64,000 bases of DNA from Patella caerulea. Its lineage: Eukaryota. Within the stretch, counting starts at the first letter, position 1. The number at the start of each line of letters is the position of its first letter. Below are positions 26,506 through 37,835 of the stretch, in pieces. The notes under the pieces are model-generated. The model was not told where the DNA came from, did not search any database, and saw only the letters and a list, made by a program, of their open reading frames with translations. A program made the translations under genes and the position numbers. The stretch lies in NCBI GenBank assembly GCA_036850965.1, contig JAZGQO010000011.1:61687281-61751280 (forward strand). Reading direction: 5' to 3'.

Positions 26506-26978
26506 AGGCTAAAAGAAGAGAACAGTCGGCTTTGTTTGGTAAAAATCAACCCCCGAAAAAACGGCGAAAATCACGAACAGCGTTTACAAATCAACAAATT
26601 TATGAATTGGAAAAAAGATTTTTATATCAAAAATACCTTACACCTGCGGATCGGGATGAAATTGCGCAGAACCTTGGACTAACAAATGCGCAAGTGATCA
26701 CGTGGTTTCAGAACAGGCGCGCAAAGTTGAAACGAGATTTGGAAGAGTTGAAGAATGACGTTACAGCCACTAAATCTATAGACCCGTCACTTCCGTTAGA
26801 TGTTGATATTTCTAAAGTTGCTGATACCCTGATAATCGCATCGCGTAGTCCTAGTCACAGTAGTCGCTCACCCACATCCAGTAATCCGTGTTCTGAAAAA
26901 AGTCCCTCGAAGGTGCACCACGAAGCCTCTGACGATGAGGAGGAGGACATTGATATGAGTGACGAGCAAACAACGTGA
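26506..26978 (+). CDS. lbx: Terminal homeobox exon of an Lbx (ladybird-class) homeodomain transcription factor. It starts after the acceptor ...tttttttctcattacag|AGGCT at 26504-26505 and runs to the TGA at 26976-26978.
   Basis: The translation reads ...LFGKNQPPKKRRKSRTAFTNQQIYELEKRFLYQKYLTPADRDEIAQNLGLTNAQVITWFQNRRAKLKRDLEELKNDV..., a complete 60-aa homeodomain. It is near-identical to vertebrate LBX1 (IFGQRQTPKKRRKSRTAFTNHQIYELEKRFLYQKYLSPADRDQIAQQLGLTNAQVITWFQNRRAKLKRDLEEMKADV). The acidic C-terminal tail SDDEEEDIDMSDEQTT resembles the LBX1 tail. The reading frame is open from the acceptor through the ORF-track start. The M at 26532 in the track is really a TTG Leu codon, so this is an internal exon start and not an initiation codon. 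Confidence 0.9.
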
Positions 26979-27333
26979 ATCACGTGTTAATCATGTGACA
27001 TTGTTCATAGTGTATTTATAGTATCAATTAGTGATGACGTTGAATTTTAAAGTGTCGACCTTTTAAAGTGCCGACCACTAACTAGCATCTAACTTGGCTA
27101 ATTTCGATGTGGGTTTAGCTTGTTTTTATTCATCAGATGAATACTATGTCGTCATGATCCAAAATTGTGATGTCATTATTGACTCAAGGTCAAATTGTAA
27201 ACTGTGACCCAAAGTTTTTGTTTATGAAATGACCTATGATAAGGGCATTGATGTTAAAATGGTTTCTAGAAGAAATGTGCTGAAGAAATTAATGTGAAAT
27301 ACGAAAACTGTGTGTGTGAAATATAAACAAACA

Positions 27334-27339
27334 AATAAA
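27334..27339 (+). promoter_or_regulatory. Candidate polyadenylation signal (AATAAA) in the presumed Lbx 3' UTR.
   Basis: An AATAAA hexamer lies about 355 nt downstream of the Lbx stop codon, in AT-rich sequence. No other annotation competes for it. Confidence 0.25.
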
Positions 27340-28269
27340 AAAGGCAGACAGACTAATGACAATTTCTATATTAGGAATTGTGTCAAAATTTATCGTAGTG
27401 AAACGTTAATCAATGGAATGGAACGAAGAGTCTCCAAAAATAAGACTTGGTGTATCTTATAAACTGTGTATAAACTTTGTACTTGTCAATAACTAAGCGT
27501 AAACAGGTCTCATTTTCAAAATTAAAAATATTTTCAGTGATCAATTCAATTGTTTGCAGTTGGTTCGAATAATCGAATATGTTAACAAGATGGCGGAACG
27601 TGTTCTCATTCGTCTTGTTTTTATACAATTAGAACAAGACACAACATGTCCGATTGGTGACCCTGAAAGTTTCGCACCTGTATAGACTTAGGATACTGTT
27701 GAAATAATCCGAAAGTTCCGAATTCACACAATTCCAATAAAATGACAATGTTCTGCAAGTCCCAATAATAGACGTGTTTTGAGCAGAGTCATGACGTAAT
27801 GAAATATGCTGATTGGTTTATTTATTTATTCGGTTGTTCACTTATCGCATGCTTGTTGACTCGAAATTTCATGTGTTGACTCGAATATCAGAAGTTGGGC
27901 CAATCGATTTCCTGGAACGTTGAATCGAGTACACCACAAGTTTAAATTGAAGGAGGTAGGCCTACATGTAAATCCTAAAATTGTAGCCGTTGATACTTAT
28001 GTTTAGTGTATTATGGGTAAACTAGTATTTATGAAATAATATTATAAACTAAATGAATTATTGTCTTTGTTGTTTTGGGTTTTTTTTAGATGCGAGTGGG
28101 GCGAGGCAGCGGCCGCCGGGTGTGGAGATGCCTTGGACTGGACTATCGTCCGTCCGGTTGTCAACAAAGGTTGTCTAATAAACATAATAAAGCGATATTA
28201 CCATTTGCTACTGTGGTTAAAAACGGACGATGTGAACAGGAAATGGAGGTTAGCCGCTTGCTGGTCTGC

Positions 28270-28440
28270 ATCTAAATTGGCTAATAATGACGGACATACG
28301 CCATGTAGTGCTATGAGAGTAATTTTGCCCAGACAGCGGCGTTACCGCCTACTCATCATCAATTACCAACTGTCTAGGGATCTTTTGAATTCACACCAAC
28401 AAGGACACAGTGACACGGGCCCTCGGTTTACCGTCCAACC
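28270..28440 (-). mobile_element. SINE B fragment.
   Basis: gctaataatgacggacatacgccatgtagtgctatgagagtaattttgcccagacagcggcgttaccgcctactc...cgaattcacaccaacaaggac. The C-terminal half of ORF 28061..28474(+) is an artefact of this fragment. Confidence 0.5.
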
Positions 28441-29739
28441 CCAAAAGGTTTCCTTCAAATCCCTCTCCCTTTAATCTGATTTTACACTACCCCATGCCAC
28501 GAGATTTTTTTTCTATCAGCCGTGCTAATCACGTCGTGACTTATCACCTGGTATTCGTCGAAGCCTAAACAATTTTGGATTATCTTTTGTCAGCTTTTTT
28601 ACGCCGTTTAATCACAGAGTCTCCAGAACGTTTAATACTCTAAAAGTTCTCAGAACCGTTAGAAATTAGACTAATACAAAAGCTTTTCTTACGCCATTCG
28701 TTGCTACCTTTTAGGGTTACCCTCAAATATTTGTCCATTGCGCACCCCATCGGTATTTTTCTAGTATTTTTCCAGAAAGATTGGGTGTCGTGTACTTTTC
28801 ATATATACCAAAATAACCACCGGATAATTAGTTTCATGCATAGGCGTACGAGGCGGGGGAAAAAAATAGAGATCTGAAAAGAACTCAGAATTGTGAGATC
28901 GGTCATTAGCCGAGGAGTTTTTGAAAATGGGGTGGGGGTAGGGGTACAGCCTTGTCGGGGAAGGTTATGGTCTTGTGGGGAATGAATGCTCAGTTTGTCG
29001 GGAAGCGTCGCGCCGTCTGTCGGGTATTACATATTTTTAATAATATGGAACCGGAAAGAAAGCACTCCAGTCAATGACGAACACGTACGCCATCTGAACA
29101 GAACTAGCACGTACACATGGCCTTTCTCAGTTCCTGAATACCGTGTTCCTGTATACTGGCATTCAACTCCATGCACTGGACGAGCCAAGTGATAGAAGTG
29201 AGCAGCTGAAAATTTTCTTTAATAATAATTGATAAGTTTGTAATAATATTGTACCTTGTAGTCACATATGATATACATGTCCGGTGGCTCAATAGGCCGC
29301 ATTGGGCCCTTTTCTTTGGAAATAAATAATCATAGTTGAATGTAAAGTTCCACAGGCAAGAATTATACAAAGATACCAGTTTTTATGCTGCAACTGACAT
29401 AATTTACTACACACTCCAAATTACTAGAAAGTATTCGAAAATCGCGTCTACCGCCGTCTGGTTTTCAAAATTTTCTAGAGGGGAGGCCCCCCAGATCCCC
29501 CGTCGCACGCCTCATACCTCCGGCGCTCGCGGGCGGACGGCTTCGTCCGCGGACTCTAAAGAAATATATTTGTCGGGAAAATATGCTGCTCCCCCCCCCC
29601 TCAAACAAGTTCGACCTCGTACGCCTATGGTTTCATGAGAATGTAGCTTTAATTAAGGTCATTTAAATTATAGAATTTTGAAACGGAAAGTATTATTATA
29701 GAATGTATCGGAGATAATGATTTAAAGGCGCTAAATACT

Positions 29740-30075
29740 GTATAATACTGTAATATGAATGTATATAAACTGATTTACATTCAATGGTTTCCGTTTTACT
29801 CTAATTTCAAATCAGTTATGTTCAACTAAATAAGGCAGCAATCGCAATCGAATGCAAATTTCTATATTCTGGTTATTCCAGTCTACATACGCCGTTTGGT
29901 TTGGTGCAATGTTTCTATTCTCGTTCCTCGAGTCTCTTGCTAGAACTGAGACACGATTATGGTACACGATTCGTGTTCCAATGGTAAAATGTTTATTTTG
30001 TCTTAAATATTGGACATCAGAAGCCCATCTTTTCCCGCTAAGATAACAGCATCAATGTTGATTTAAATTGATAAA
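29740..30075 (+). repeat. Dispersed repeat family X, copy 2.
   Basis: See copy 1. Copies 1 and 2 are direct repeats about 4.8 kb apart that flank the Lbx homeobox exon. ORF 29852..30046(+) is an artefact. Confidence 0.6.
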
Positions 30076-30249
30076 TAATTCGTGTTTTCAATGTTCTAGA
30101 TTTTGGATGATAATGAGTTAGAGACTTAGCTACTTTAATATCTTCTGCACAATCCTTACAGTGGTGAAAGGGAGTTTGCGAATTCAGATTAAATCAGATA
30201 CTCATGCGCCACTCTTATCTTTTGTCCCACGACTTACTCTACTAAAACT

Positions 30250-30570
30250 TTCAAATTGTCCAAAGAAAAACAATCGCTGAGGAAATTTTAAAAGGAGAAT
30301 ATATTGGGCCTCATAATTACCCACATAATTTTTGCTAAAGAAAACAGATCATTGAAGAAATTTTGAAAAAGAGAAAATATTGGGCCTAATTTAAATTTTG
30401 TTCAGAATGTCAAAGGGGGCGGGGGGGGGGGGTGTAAAGGAGAATATATTGGGCCTCATTATCACCCACATAATTTTTGCTGAAGAAAACAGATCGTTGA
30501 AGAAATTTTGAAAAGAGAAAATATTGGGCCCGATTTAAATTTTGTTCAGAATGTCAAGGGGAGTGGGAGG
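30250..30570. repeat. Tandem duplication of a unit of about 135 bp, with a G-run separating the copies.
   Basis: aaggagaatatattgggcctcat(a/t)at(t/c)acccacataatttttgctaaagaaaacagatc(a/g)ttgaagaaattttgaaaaagagaaaatattgggcc(t/c)(a/g)atttaaattttgttcagaatgtcaa(a/g)gggg appears twice. The copies are separated by ggcggggggggggg. Confidence 0.7.
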
Positions 30571-31469
30571 TAGTGGTACCTACCATTTTTCTAAATTTTC
30601 CTAAGAGGGTGGAGAGACTTGTCTTGTTATTAAAACCACACGTTAGTCTCAAAACAGCCTAACTACAGTTAATAAAAATTCACCAATCCTCACAACACTT
30701 CGAATTCTCTTCATAAACAAAACGTTATATCTCGTAACGCTAAAGTTAAACATAACCGGAAGTGGATGTAACTATGAGCCGAATATTAACGCGTGACTGG
30801 TTGCTATGAATGGTAAATCTATTAAAGAATAGGCAAGTAAATTAAATTAAACCGTGTGCATGCAACAAGAGTATTATTGTCTAAATTATGTCAGTAACGA
30901 GGCTTAAAATCTCTGCTATTTCACTTAACTTGACAGCTAAAAGTTCTCAACTTACGCCATGATTTAAGGCGAGTTATCAACGCGATGACCCACGAAGCTA
31001 TAAAGCAGTGAAGTTATTCACCACATAAAGCTGTTTAGAAAATTAAAATACTTCAACAGATATCCGACTTGAACTCTTCTCAATAGGAAATACGATTATT
31101 CTGTTGTTTTCTTTCTTCTCGTAATGGTTAAATAATTTAATTTTATTTCATCATGTGTTCTTATTATGTTTGTATTCTATTGGTCGGGCTATTTTTTTTA
31201 AACAAACGATAGTTTTATTTTTGACAGTAAAACTTACAATTCCTCCTTCAAGTAGAAAGAAAAGCTGCAATATCTGGTTACACCCCGTATCTCGGTAATA
31301 ATATGAAATGTAATGGGGTTTAACGTCCTATTTTACTGCACCAACCGGGTTAAGGATTACCAGTATACGCGATGATCTTTGAGGGAAATTCTATCCGTAC
31401 AACGACTTTTTCACCAACTTTTTTTACAGTGGTCAATCTTTTAAGATGTGTGGGGGGTGGATCAGTACG

Positions 31470-31690
31470 TGCGCATTGTATCATAAGGTCTGTCATTGAG
31501 GCAATTGGCGTGGCTTGGATTCTCCGGTTGTACATGGCAAGGTGTGCGGTCGCTTGTCCAGCATCGTGGGCTTTCTCCGGGTCCTCCGGTCTCCTCCAAT
31601 TTCTAAAGACCCCTAGCGAAGCGAATTGTTGAAATTTAACTGAACCATGTCTTAGTCCCAAAATTGTGTCGAGTGTTTGTTAAATACATC
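31470..31690 (+). mobile_element. Diverged SINE A2 copy.
   Basis: ggtctgtcattgaggcaattggcgtggcttggattctccggttgtacatggcaagg...ctaaagacccctagcgaagcgaattgttgaaat is recognisable but substituted. ORFs 31350..31661(-) and 31372..31632(+) are artefacts. Confidence 0.5.
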
Positions 31691-33649
31691 CTCCCCCCTG
31701 CCTCTCTCCAACTTTTAAGGCCTCCTTAACGTGCACACCGACGAGAACACGAATATTTTTTTTATGAATTATCAGTCTACTCTCCATCGAATTCCAACTG
31801 TAAAGGCCGTTTTTTTATGCTTGGACATCTATGAAAGGGTCTTTAGTGTGCATACCAACGGGTACGAGGATTCTGAACGAAAACTTTTCTTGTGACTATC
31901 AAGATTCTAACGATACTAATGACTGATAACTCCTTAAAGGCAATTATTTAAGACACGCGTGTTGGGTAGATCGGTTTCCTCTCTAATATGTCGCTCCTTT
32001 TATTAAACATCAAACAGTCACGTCAAAATACAATCAACGCCATTTTACACCATGCACGTGGGGTCAGGGGTCAACCATAAATCCCACCCTATGACATCAC
32101 AATCGTTTAACCAGTTAAAACAACCGTCACGGGCGGGGAACGACAGTTATTGTGGAAATGAACCGTGGCTAATAAAGGAGTATAATGATTTCAAATTATA
32201 CCCTTGGTTTATTATGTAGAGAAGGAGATGAAAAGAATAGCCACGGCAGTTGTAATTCACTCCCTGTGCCCTTTAATTTACTGCGGAGTTGTTTATTCAC
32301 TGTGGTTCTTTTATTACACCGCCATCTTAAATGACGTACGGTCTTTACCTTTGTTATTCGGACAAACTACTCTCTTTTATCCGATAAGAATTAGAATAGC
32401 GTTCAGATGATATTTATGGGGAATGATTTCAAGAAGATAAACAAATTTTGAATTATGTATTTCTAAATGGGTTTCGTTAATGACAAACAAATTCTACGAA
32501 AACACCGCGCGAACATGTAGCACTTTTATTCCTTATAATGTTGTCTTGAGTCTGTCCCTCCAGCCAATAGAAATCATTGTCACAAAAGATGCATTTACAT
32601 GTAACATGAACCTATCATTATGCGCCTAGTGGATGGATTGGAGTTGGTAATAAAGAGCGCGCAAGTCACGGGCAGCTGTTTTATGATGGAGCCTAGTTTA
32701 CCACACACAATGGCCTCTAAAAGGGGCTGAGGGACTGTTTTGGTTGTAATTAAATTACACCATCGGCTATTTAATTACCCGCATATTATTATATACAGTT
32801 ACACATAGGCTTATGTGATCAACCTTCAAACCATTTATAAAGACAGAAAACCTAAAGCGCAGTCCATAAGCTTAAAGATGCATTATGCAAGAATTAGATG
32901 AAGACTTGACCCTTCTTTAAGTAATAGTTCAGAAGCAAAATTGAATATTTTGAAAATGTCATTCAAATTACTTTATTCTGGACGAAGTTATGACTGTTTG
33001 AAATGTGCACAGCGTAGATCGTTTATTATCGTTAATTCATTATCGTTCAAATCCATTTTAATCACGGTCACCCTATGGTCTATAGAGAGTTGATTATGGG
33101 CTTTTGTAAAAAAGAAATGTTTGTATAATAATTTATATCAGATTTGAAGCCATAAAAAGACTTGTGATAGATAGTTTTAGCTCCTGCATAATGCATCTTT
33201 AAATTTAGACATGGTTAAAAACGCCAACGAAGAAATCTTCCATTGAGTAATTAGGAAAACTGGTGTGACTTATTCTACGTGTAAACGTGAAATTCACCTC
33301 GAGTAAAAAGGCCGGCATTTTATAACCAATTTAGATTTAATCGTCTGAACGGACAATACAGTAGAAATGTCTGCAATGTATGTGGAAGCGGACGTTAACC
33401 TCTAGCTAGTAATAGCAGAAACGTTTTACATATTTTAAGTGAAAGAGTGATCTGACTCAACAAGGTGTTGTCTCACTGACCAGGAGGCTTCACAAGAAAG
33501 TGTCTCGATGGTTTTTCAGCTTGGTCAGCGGTACAGCACGGAGGACCCGGCGAGGGAATGAGGCGAAAATGGAAGACCCATGTAGATGTCGGCGTGTATT
33601 TAAAAGAAACCATAAAGATTAGAATTCAACGAAGAGTGTGCGGACACGC

Positions 33650-33752
33650 CGCTGTACGGGCTAAGTCTCCCCAATAGCACACCCAATGGCGTATGTCCCT
33701 GTTCATTATTCCCTTTAGTGCAGAAAAGTATGACGTTAAACCCCATTCCACT
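33650..33752 (+). mobile_element. SINE B 3' fragment.
   Basis: cacccaatggcgtatgtccctgttcattattccctttagtgcagaaaagtatgacgttaaaccccattccacttc. Confidence 0.45.
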
Positions 33753-34469
33753 TCTTTATTTTCCTCTAAATGTTTCCTTTAATATCGACAGACCAATAAC
33801 ACTTAAAGTCTACGCCGTACAGTGCGATACGTTAAATGATTTATTAACAGCACATCCTTTGTCAGCCATCAATTTCAATAGGGCCATAATCTAGCCCAAA
33901 ACACTAATGATAGATTTATTAATGTTATAAGCGGTGTTAAATGTAGTTTTCGTTAAGATCGTAAGCGACTAATAGGGGGGTAAACTTTGATGGTAGGATT
34001 CCTGGGTAATTAACCAATCAACATCAAACGGTAAAGAAATATTGTCAATGTTCATGGAAGTAGCCGGTATGAAGCTGAGGTGTTTTATGGAAGTACCATA
34101 GGCCTATATATATTAATACTGCCTTTCAGTCGAACAAATGAAGGGAGGAACGTAAGTGATCAGAAGCATTAAAACTTAAGGACGATATCTCATAAATAAT
34201 ATATGAAATGAAATGAAACGGAGTTTAACTTCCAACTTTCTGCACTCAGTTAGGCCTATGAAGACGGACATGCGCCATGCATTATGTTATGAGGGTCTAG
34301 GTCAAACTTGAGGTGATCATTAATGGTGCAGGGCCATCACAGAAAATCGGGTTTAGGCCTTATTCGAACGACATTACGCTCTTCGTCTAAAGGCTCTCTG
34401 TCAAGCATGGGTTCGATTCGGGAACCTCCCGGTTACTGAGACATCTACAGCGTTTAGTCGTTAGGATGC

Positions 34470-34760
34470 AGGCGCGGATACAGAGGGGGGGGGGCGCACC
34501 CGGCGCACGCCCCCTCTATTTTTTTGCAATGGCGAACAATTTTTAGCTCCATATATTCTCGCGGGAAAGGAGAACAAAAACAGTTTAGGTTGGAAATCGT
34601 AATTTACAGTACTAGTATGAAATTAGTCCTTGTGGGCATTTTTGTCCACTCAAAAATCATGGGTCGGGCTTCGCACTCGATCCCAACTTGGTGCAGCACG
34701 CCCCCCCCCCCCTTTCTGAAAATCCTGGACCCGTACCTGGGATGGGACAAAACCGATCAG
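34470..34760. repeat. Dispersed repeat family Y, copy 2.
   Basis: cagagggggggggcgcacccggcgcacgccccctctatttttttgcaatggcgaacaatttttagctccatatattctcgcggg...actagtatgaaattagtccttgtgggcatttttg...ccccccccccctttctgaaaatcctggaccc. ORF 34524..34787(+) is an artefact. Confidence 0.55.
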
Positions 34761-34832
34761 AATTCAATAAAGAGACGTCGCTGTTAAGGCACAACGTCAT
34801 ACACTGCATGTCATATGCCCAATTAGGAAAAA

Positions 34833-35175
34833 TGAAATGAAATAGGGTTTAACGCTACTTTTCTACTGTGCTAATGAAGACGGGCATACAGTGTGCTATG
34901 AGGGAATTTTGCCCAGACAGCGACACTACGACCTATTCCTATATCGAATTCAAATTGCCAAGGATCTTTTACGTGCACGCCAATGTGTTCATGGTATATT
35001 GTTTTTTTTTGTCTCATCCGCACGACTAGATATCTGTACTTGTCAGACACTCCTTCCTGCTCCACTGATAAGGTGAAACACGCAGGAAAACACCGTGAGC
35101 GAACCCCGCGTCCCCCAGGCTAGCGAGCCAGTTTCTTACTCCTTACGCTCTTAGCCACTGTGGCCCCCATCACTG
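34833..35175 (-). mobile_element. SINE B, reverse orientation.
   Basis: aatgaaatgaaatagggtttaacgctac...ctaatgaagacgggcatacagtgtgctatgagggaattttgcccagacagcgac...ccccaggctagcgagccag...cttagccactgtggccccc. ORFs 34871..35065(-) and 34891..35076(+) are artefacts. Confidence 0.65.
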
Positions 35176-36640
35176 TTAGGACGTTAACCCACAAGCCCCC
35201 ACCCCGCCTTTGTATCATTTATGCACGTCTCATCTAGTAAAACACACTCCGCTAGTTCTGATGATATTTAATATGTTTACGAGAAACTTGAAATAACTCC
35301 AGAAATTCCAATAATTACATTATAAAAAATAAAACAATTTTTGGGAGCGAAATCTTGTTCTTTTATCAGGCTGTTAGGATATCAACCTGGATGAGATGAT
35401 TTAAACAAGCCCTCTGCTCGCCATGAAACTATTCCCTAATGGATATTAACAAAGATAGCACTGTAGATAAATTAAATAACTTCTGAAATATTGAAATACT
35501 TGTCAGCATCCATCTAGAATATCAGGCCACAATCGCATTCAGACGTTTCATCATATTTTCGTATTTTCAAATTTTTGCCTTTAAATTATTAAAAAAATTA
35601 CGTTTTCTTTTGATCGCCTAATAGTCATGACGTCATGAATCGTTAACGCGAGATATAGGGGTCAAAGGTCGATCTCCCGTCTCGTGCATGCTGGGATCGT
35701 GACAGGAAGTGGTGATAGCGTCGTTTTGAAGTCGGTGTTTTTGCGCGGATTTAGTGCTTTAAATTATGTTGTTGTCGATCGACACAGAGTGTGATGGTAG
35801 TTGGTTATCGCTAATAGAGTAATATATTCGTCCATGTTTCTTTATTGTCTCAATTTTATCAGAGAGACGCCTTGTAAATAGACAAACTGCTTCACAGATA
35901 AATTACCAGCACGTCAGCACCCTGTGGATGTGTTAGACTTAATTACATGCTTTATTAGGTACGCTTATGGATAAGTGGAATAAGTTCAAATCTGAGGATC
36001 TGTACGCGCGTCTAGATATTAGTACATGTAGGTCTATTTCTTCTTTCACTCTTTTTGCATGGCATTTTTTTGGGGGTCTAAATCAGCTGCCAGGTTTTGG
36101 TGAATATCATGATTTTGGTGCGGAAAAATCAGGAAATAAAAAAAAAAAGAAAGAATAAGTTAGGATGGTCGCCTACTACGGATTCCTCTGACCAGGCATA
36201 GCTAAAAATCGGGATGGTCAACCCTTTCAATATTTTTATCAGAAGATTATGATATATTAGGCATTGAAAAAGATTAAGATCGTCGGAAAGTTAAAAGAGA
36301 ATTTCTAGCCAGAGTCCATTATAAATCTTTTTAAAATGTCTACAAATGACATAACAATAATAAAAAATGACTATAATTAACAATAATTATGAAATTAGAA
36401 AATATTTTAAAACATTTAATGGCCTTTTAACATATTGACCAGCATGAAAAACTTGATAACGATAAGAGGATACTTGTCGAAACGTCGTGCTTTTTATAAT
36501 AATCTAGTGATTGTATCCAATAAAAACTGTGTTCTGTTAATGAAAAACTCCCTTGAAAGATTTACTACGATTTGTTTTTCAGACATATCTCGGATTTGCC
36601 ATACTTATCCAAAAGATATCAGTTCATTTCGGTGATTGGA

Positions 36641-36920
36641 GGGGGGGGGGGCTAGTGGTCTAGAGTGCCGCGCTTCGACCTCTAGCTGGCCGGTCACCTC
36701 TGGCTTGCGGCTGTGGTTTGGAGCCCTGGTGTGAGCGTATGTGGCATGGAGATAGGGGCGCCTTCTCAACCTCGTGGGTTTCCTCCGGGCTCTCCGGATT
36801 CCTCCCACTGCTATAGACCCCTACGCGCAAGTGAATTATTGAAATAAAATGAAACCATGTCTCAAAATGACCTAGTTTGTGTCGAGTGGACGTTAAACCC
36901 CATTTCTATCTCTCTCTCTC
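36641..36920 (+). mobile_element. SINE A1, full length, with an 11-bp target-site duplication.
   Basis: tttcggtgattgga|GGGGGGGGGGGCTAGTGG...ccatttctatctctctctct|cggtgattgga. The direct repeat cggtgattgga lies on both flanks. ORF 36605..36808(-) is an artefact. Confidence 0.85.
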
Positions 36921-37077
36921 GGTGATTGGAAACTACAATATTGTGAAAGATGAATCTCTGTAAGGATTATCATTCGATAGATGCTTTCATTCCATTATGG
37001 GCAAAGTTATGATGAACTGAAAAATTTCGCATCATTGTCATTCTCTGGATATAGTCTAAACAAGTTTGGAGAGAGAG

Positions 37078-37325
37078 ATAGAGAGAAATGGGGTTTAACG
37101 TCCACACAAATTAGGTCATTTCGGGACTAACATGGTTAATTTTATTTCAATAATTTGCTTGCGCGTAGGGGTCTTTAGCAGTGGGAGGAAACCGGAGTAC
37201 CCGGTTGAACAGGCGACCCTACTCCTTGCCACGTACACCCGGGGATTTGAAACCACGCCAGCTGACACAATGGCAGGCTGTATGATATTGCGCGCGCACG
37301 CTAACCATTCGGCCACCCACTCCCA
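37078..37325 (-). mobile_element. SINE A2, reverse orientation.
   Basis: agagaaatggggtttaacgtccacacaaattaggtcatttcgggactaac...cacccggggatttgaaaccacgccagctgacacaatggcaggc...ctaaccattcggccaccc. Confidence 0.7.
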
Positions 37326-37337
37326 AACAAAATTGGG

Positions 37338-37450
37338 GGAGAGAGAAATGGGGTTTAACGTCCACTCAACACAAACTAGGTCATTTCGGGACTAACGTAT
37401 GGTTTAATTTTATTTCAATAATTCGCTTGCGCGTAGGGGTCTTTAGCAGT

Positions 37451-37481
<31 letters not shown>

Positions 37482-37616
37482 ACGAGGTTGAGAAGGCGCC
37501 CCTATCTCCATGTCACAAACGTTCACATCAGGGCTCGAAACCACAGCCGCAAGCCAGAGGTGACCGGCCAGCTAGAGGTCAAAGCGCGCCACTGTAGACC
37601 ACTAGGCCATCCCCCT
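37338..37616 (-). mobile_element. SINE A1, reverse orientation. It forms an inverted repeat with the 36641-36920 copy.
   Basis: It is the reverse complement of the A1 consensus through ...ctagaggtcaaagcgcgccactgtagaccactaggccatccccc. ORF 37449..37634(+) is an artefact. Confidence 0.8.
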
Positions 37617-37709
37617 CAAACAAGTTTGGAGTAAAATCATTTGATGCGCTGGGGCTCTCTAACCAGGAGGCATCTGATTCGCTTTTTTGGGGGTGGGGGG
37701 GGCAAATAT

Positions 37710-37835
37710 TTGCACCATAGGGTCCGGAATTGAGTCAAGTGGCATGGCTTTGATAACCCGCTTGTACGTAGCAAGGAGTAGGGTCGCCTGTCCAACCTCT
37801 CGGGTTTTTCTCCGGGTTCTCCATTTTCCCACCTG
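37710..37835 (+). mobile_element. SINE A2 fragment, truncated at the 3' end.
   Basis: gagtcaagtggcatggctttgataacccgcttgtacgtagcaaggagtagggtcgcctgtccaacctctcgggtttttctccgggttctcc. Confidence 0.5.

Noticed and set aside
26532-26534. ORF-track start codon (M) of the Lbx ORF
   Set aside because: The codon is TTG (Leu) in the middle of an exon that begins at the AG acceptor at 26504-26505. Lbx translation starts in an upstream exon.
28061-28474. 137-aa ORF, plus similar ORFs at 38474..38656+, 34871..35065-, 48579..49055-, 45397..45813+, 43053..43310-
   Set aside because: Substantially composed of SINE-B and SINE-A sequence. The peptides recur wherever the SINE recurs.
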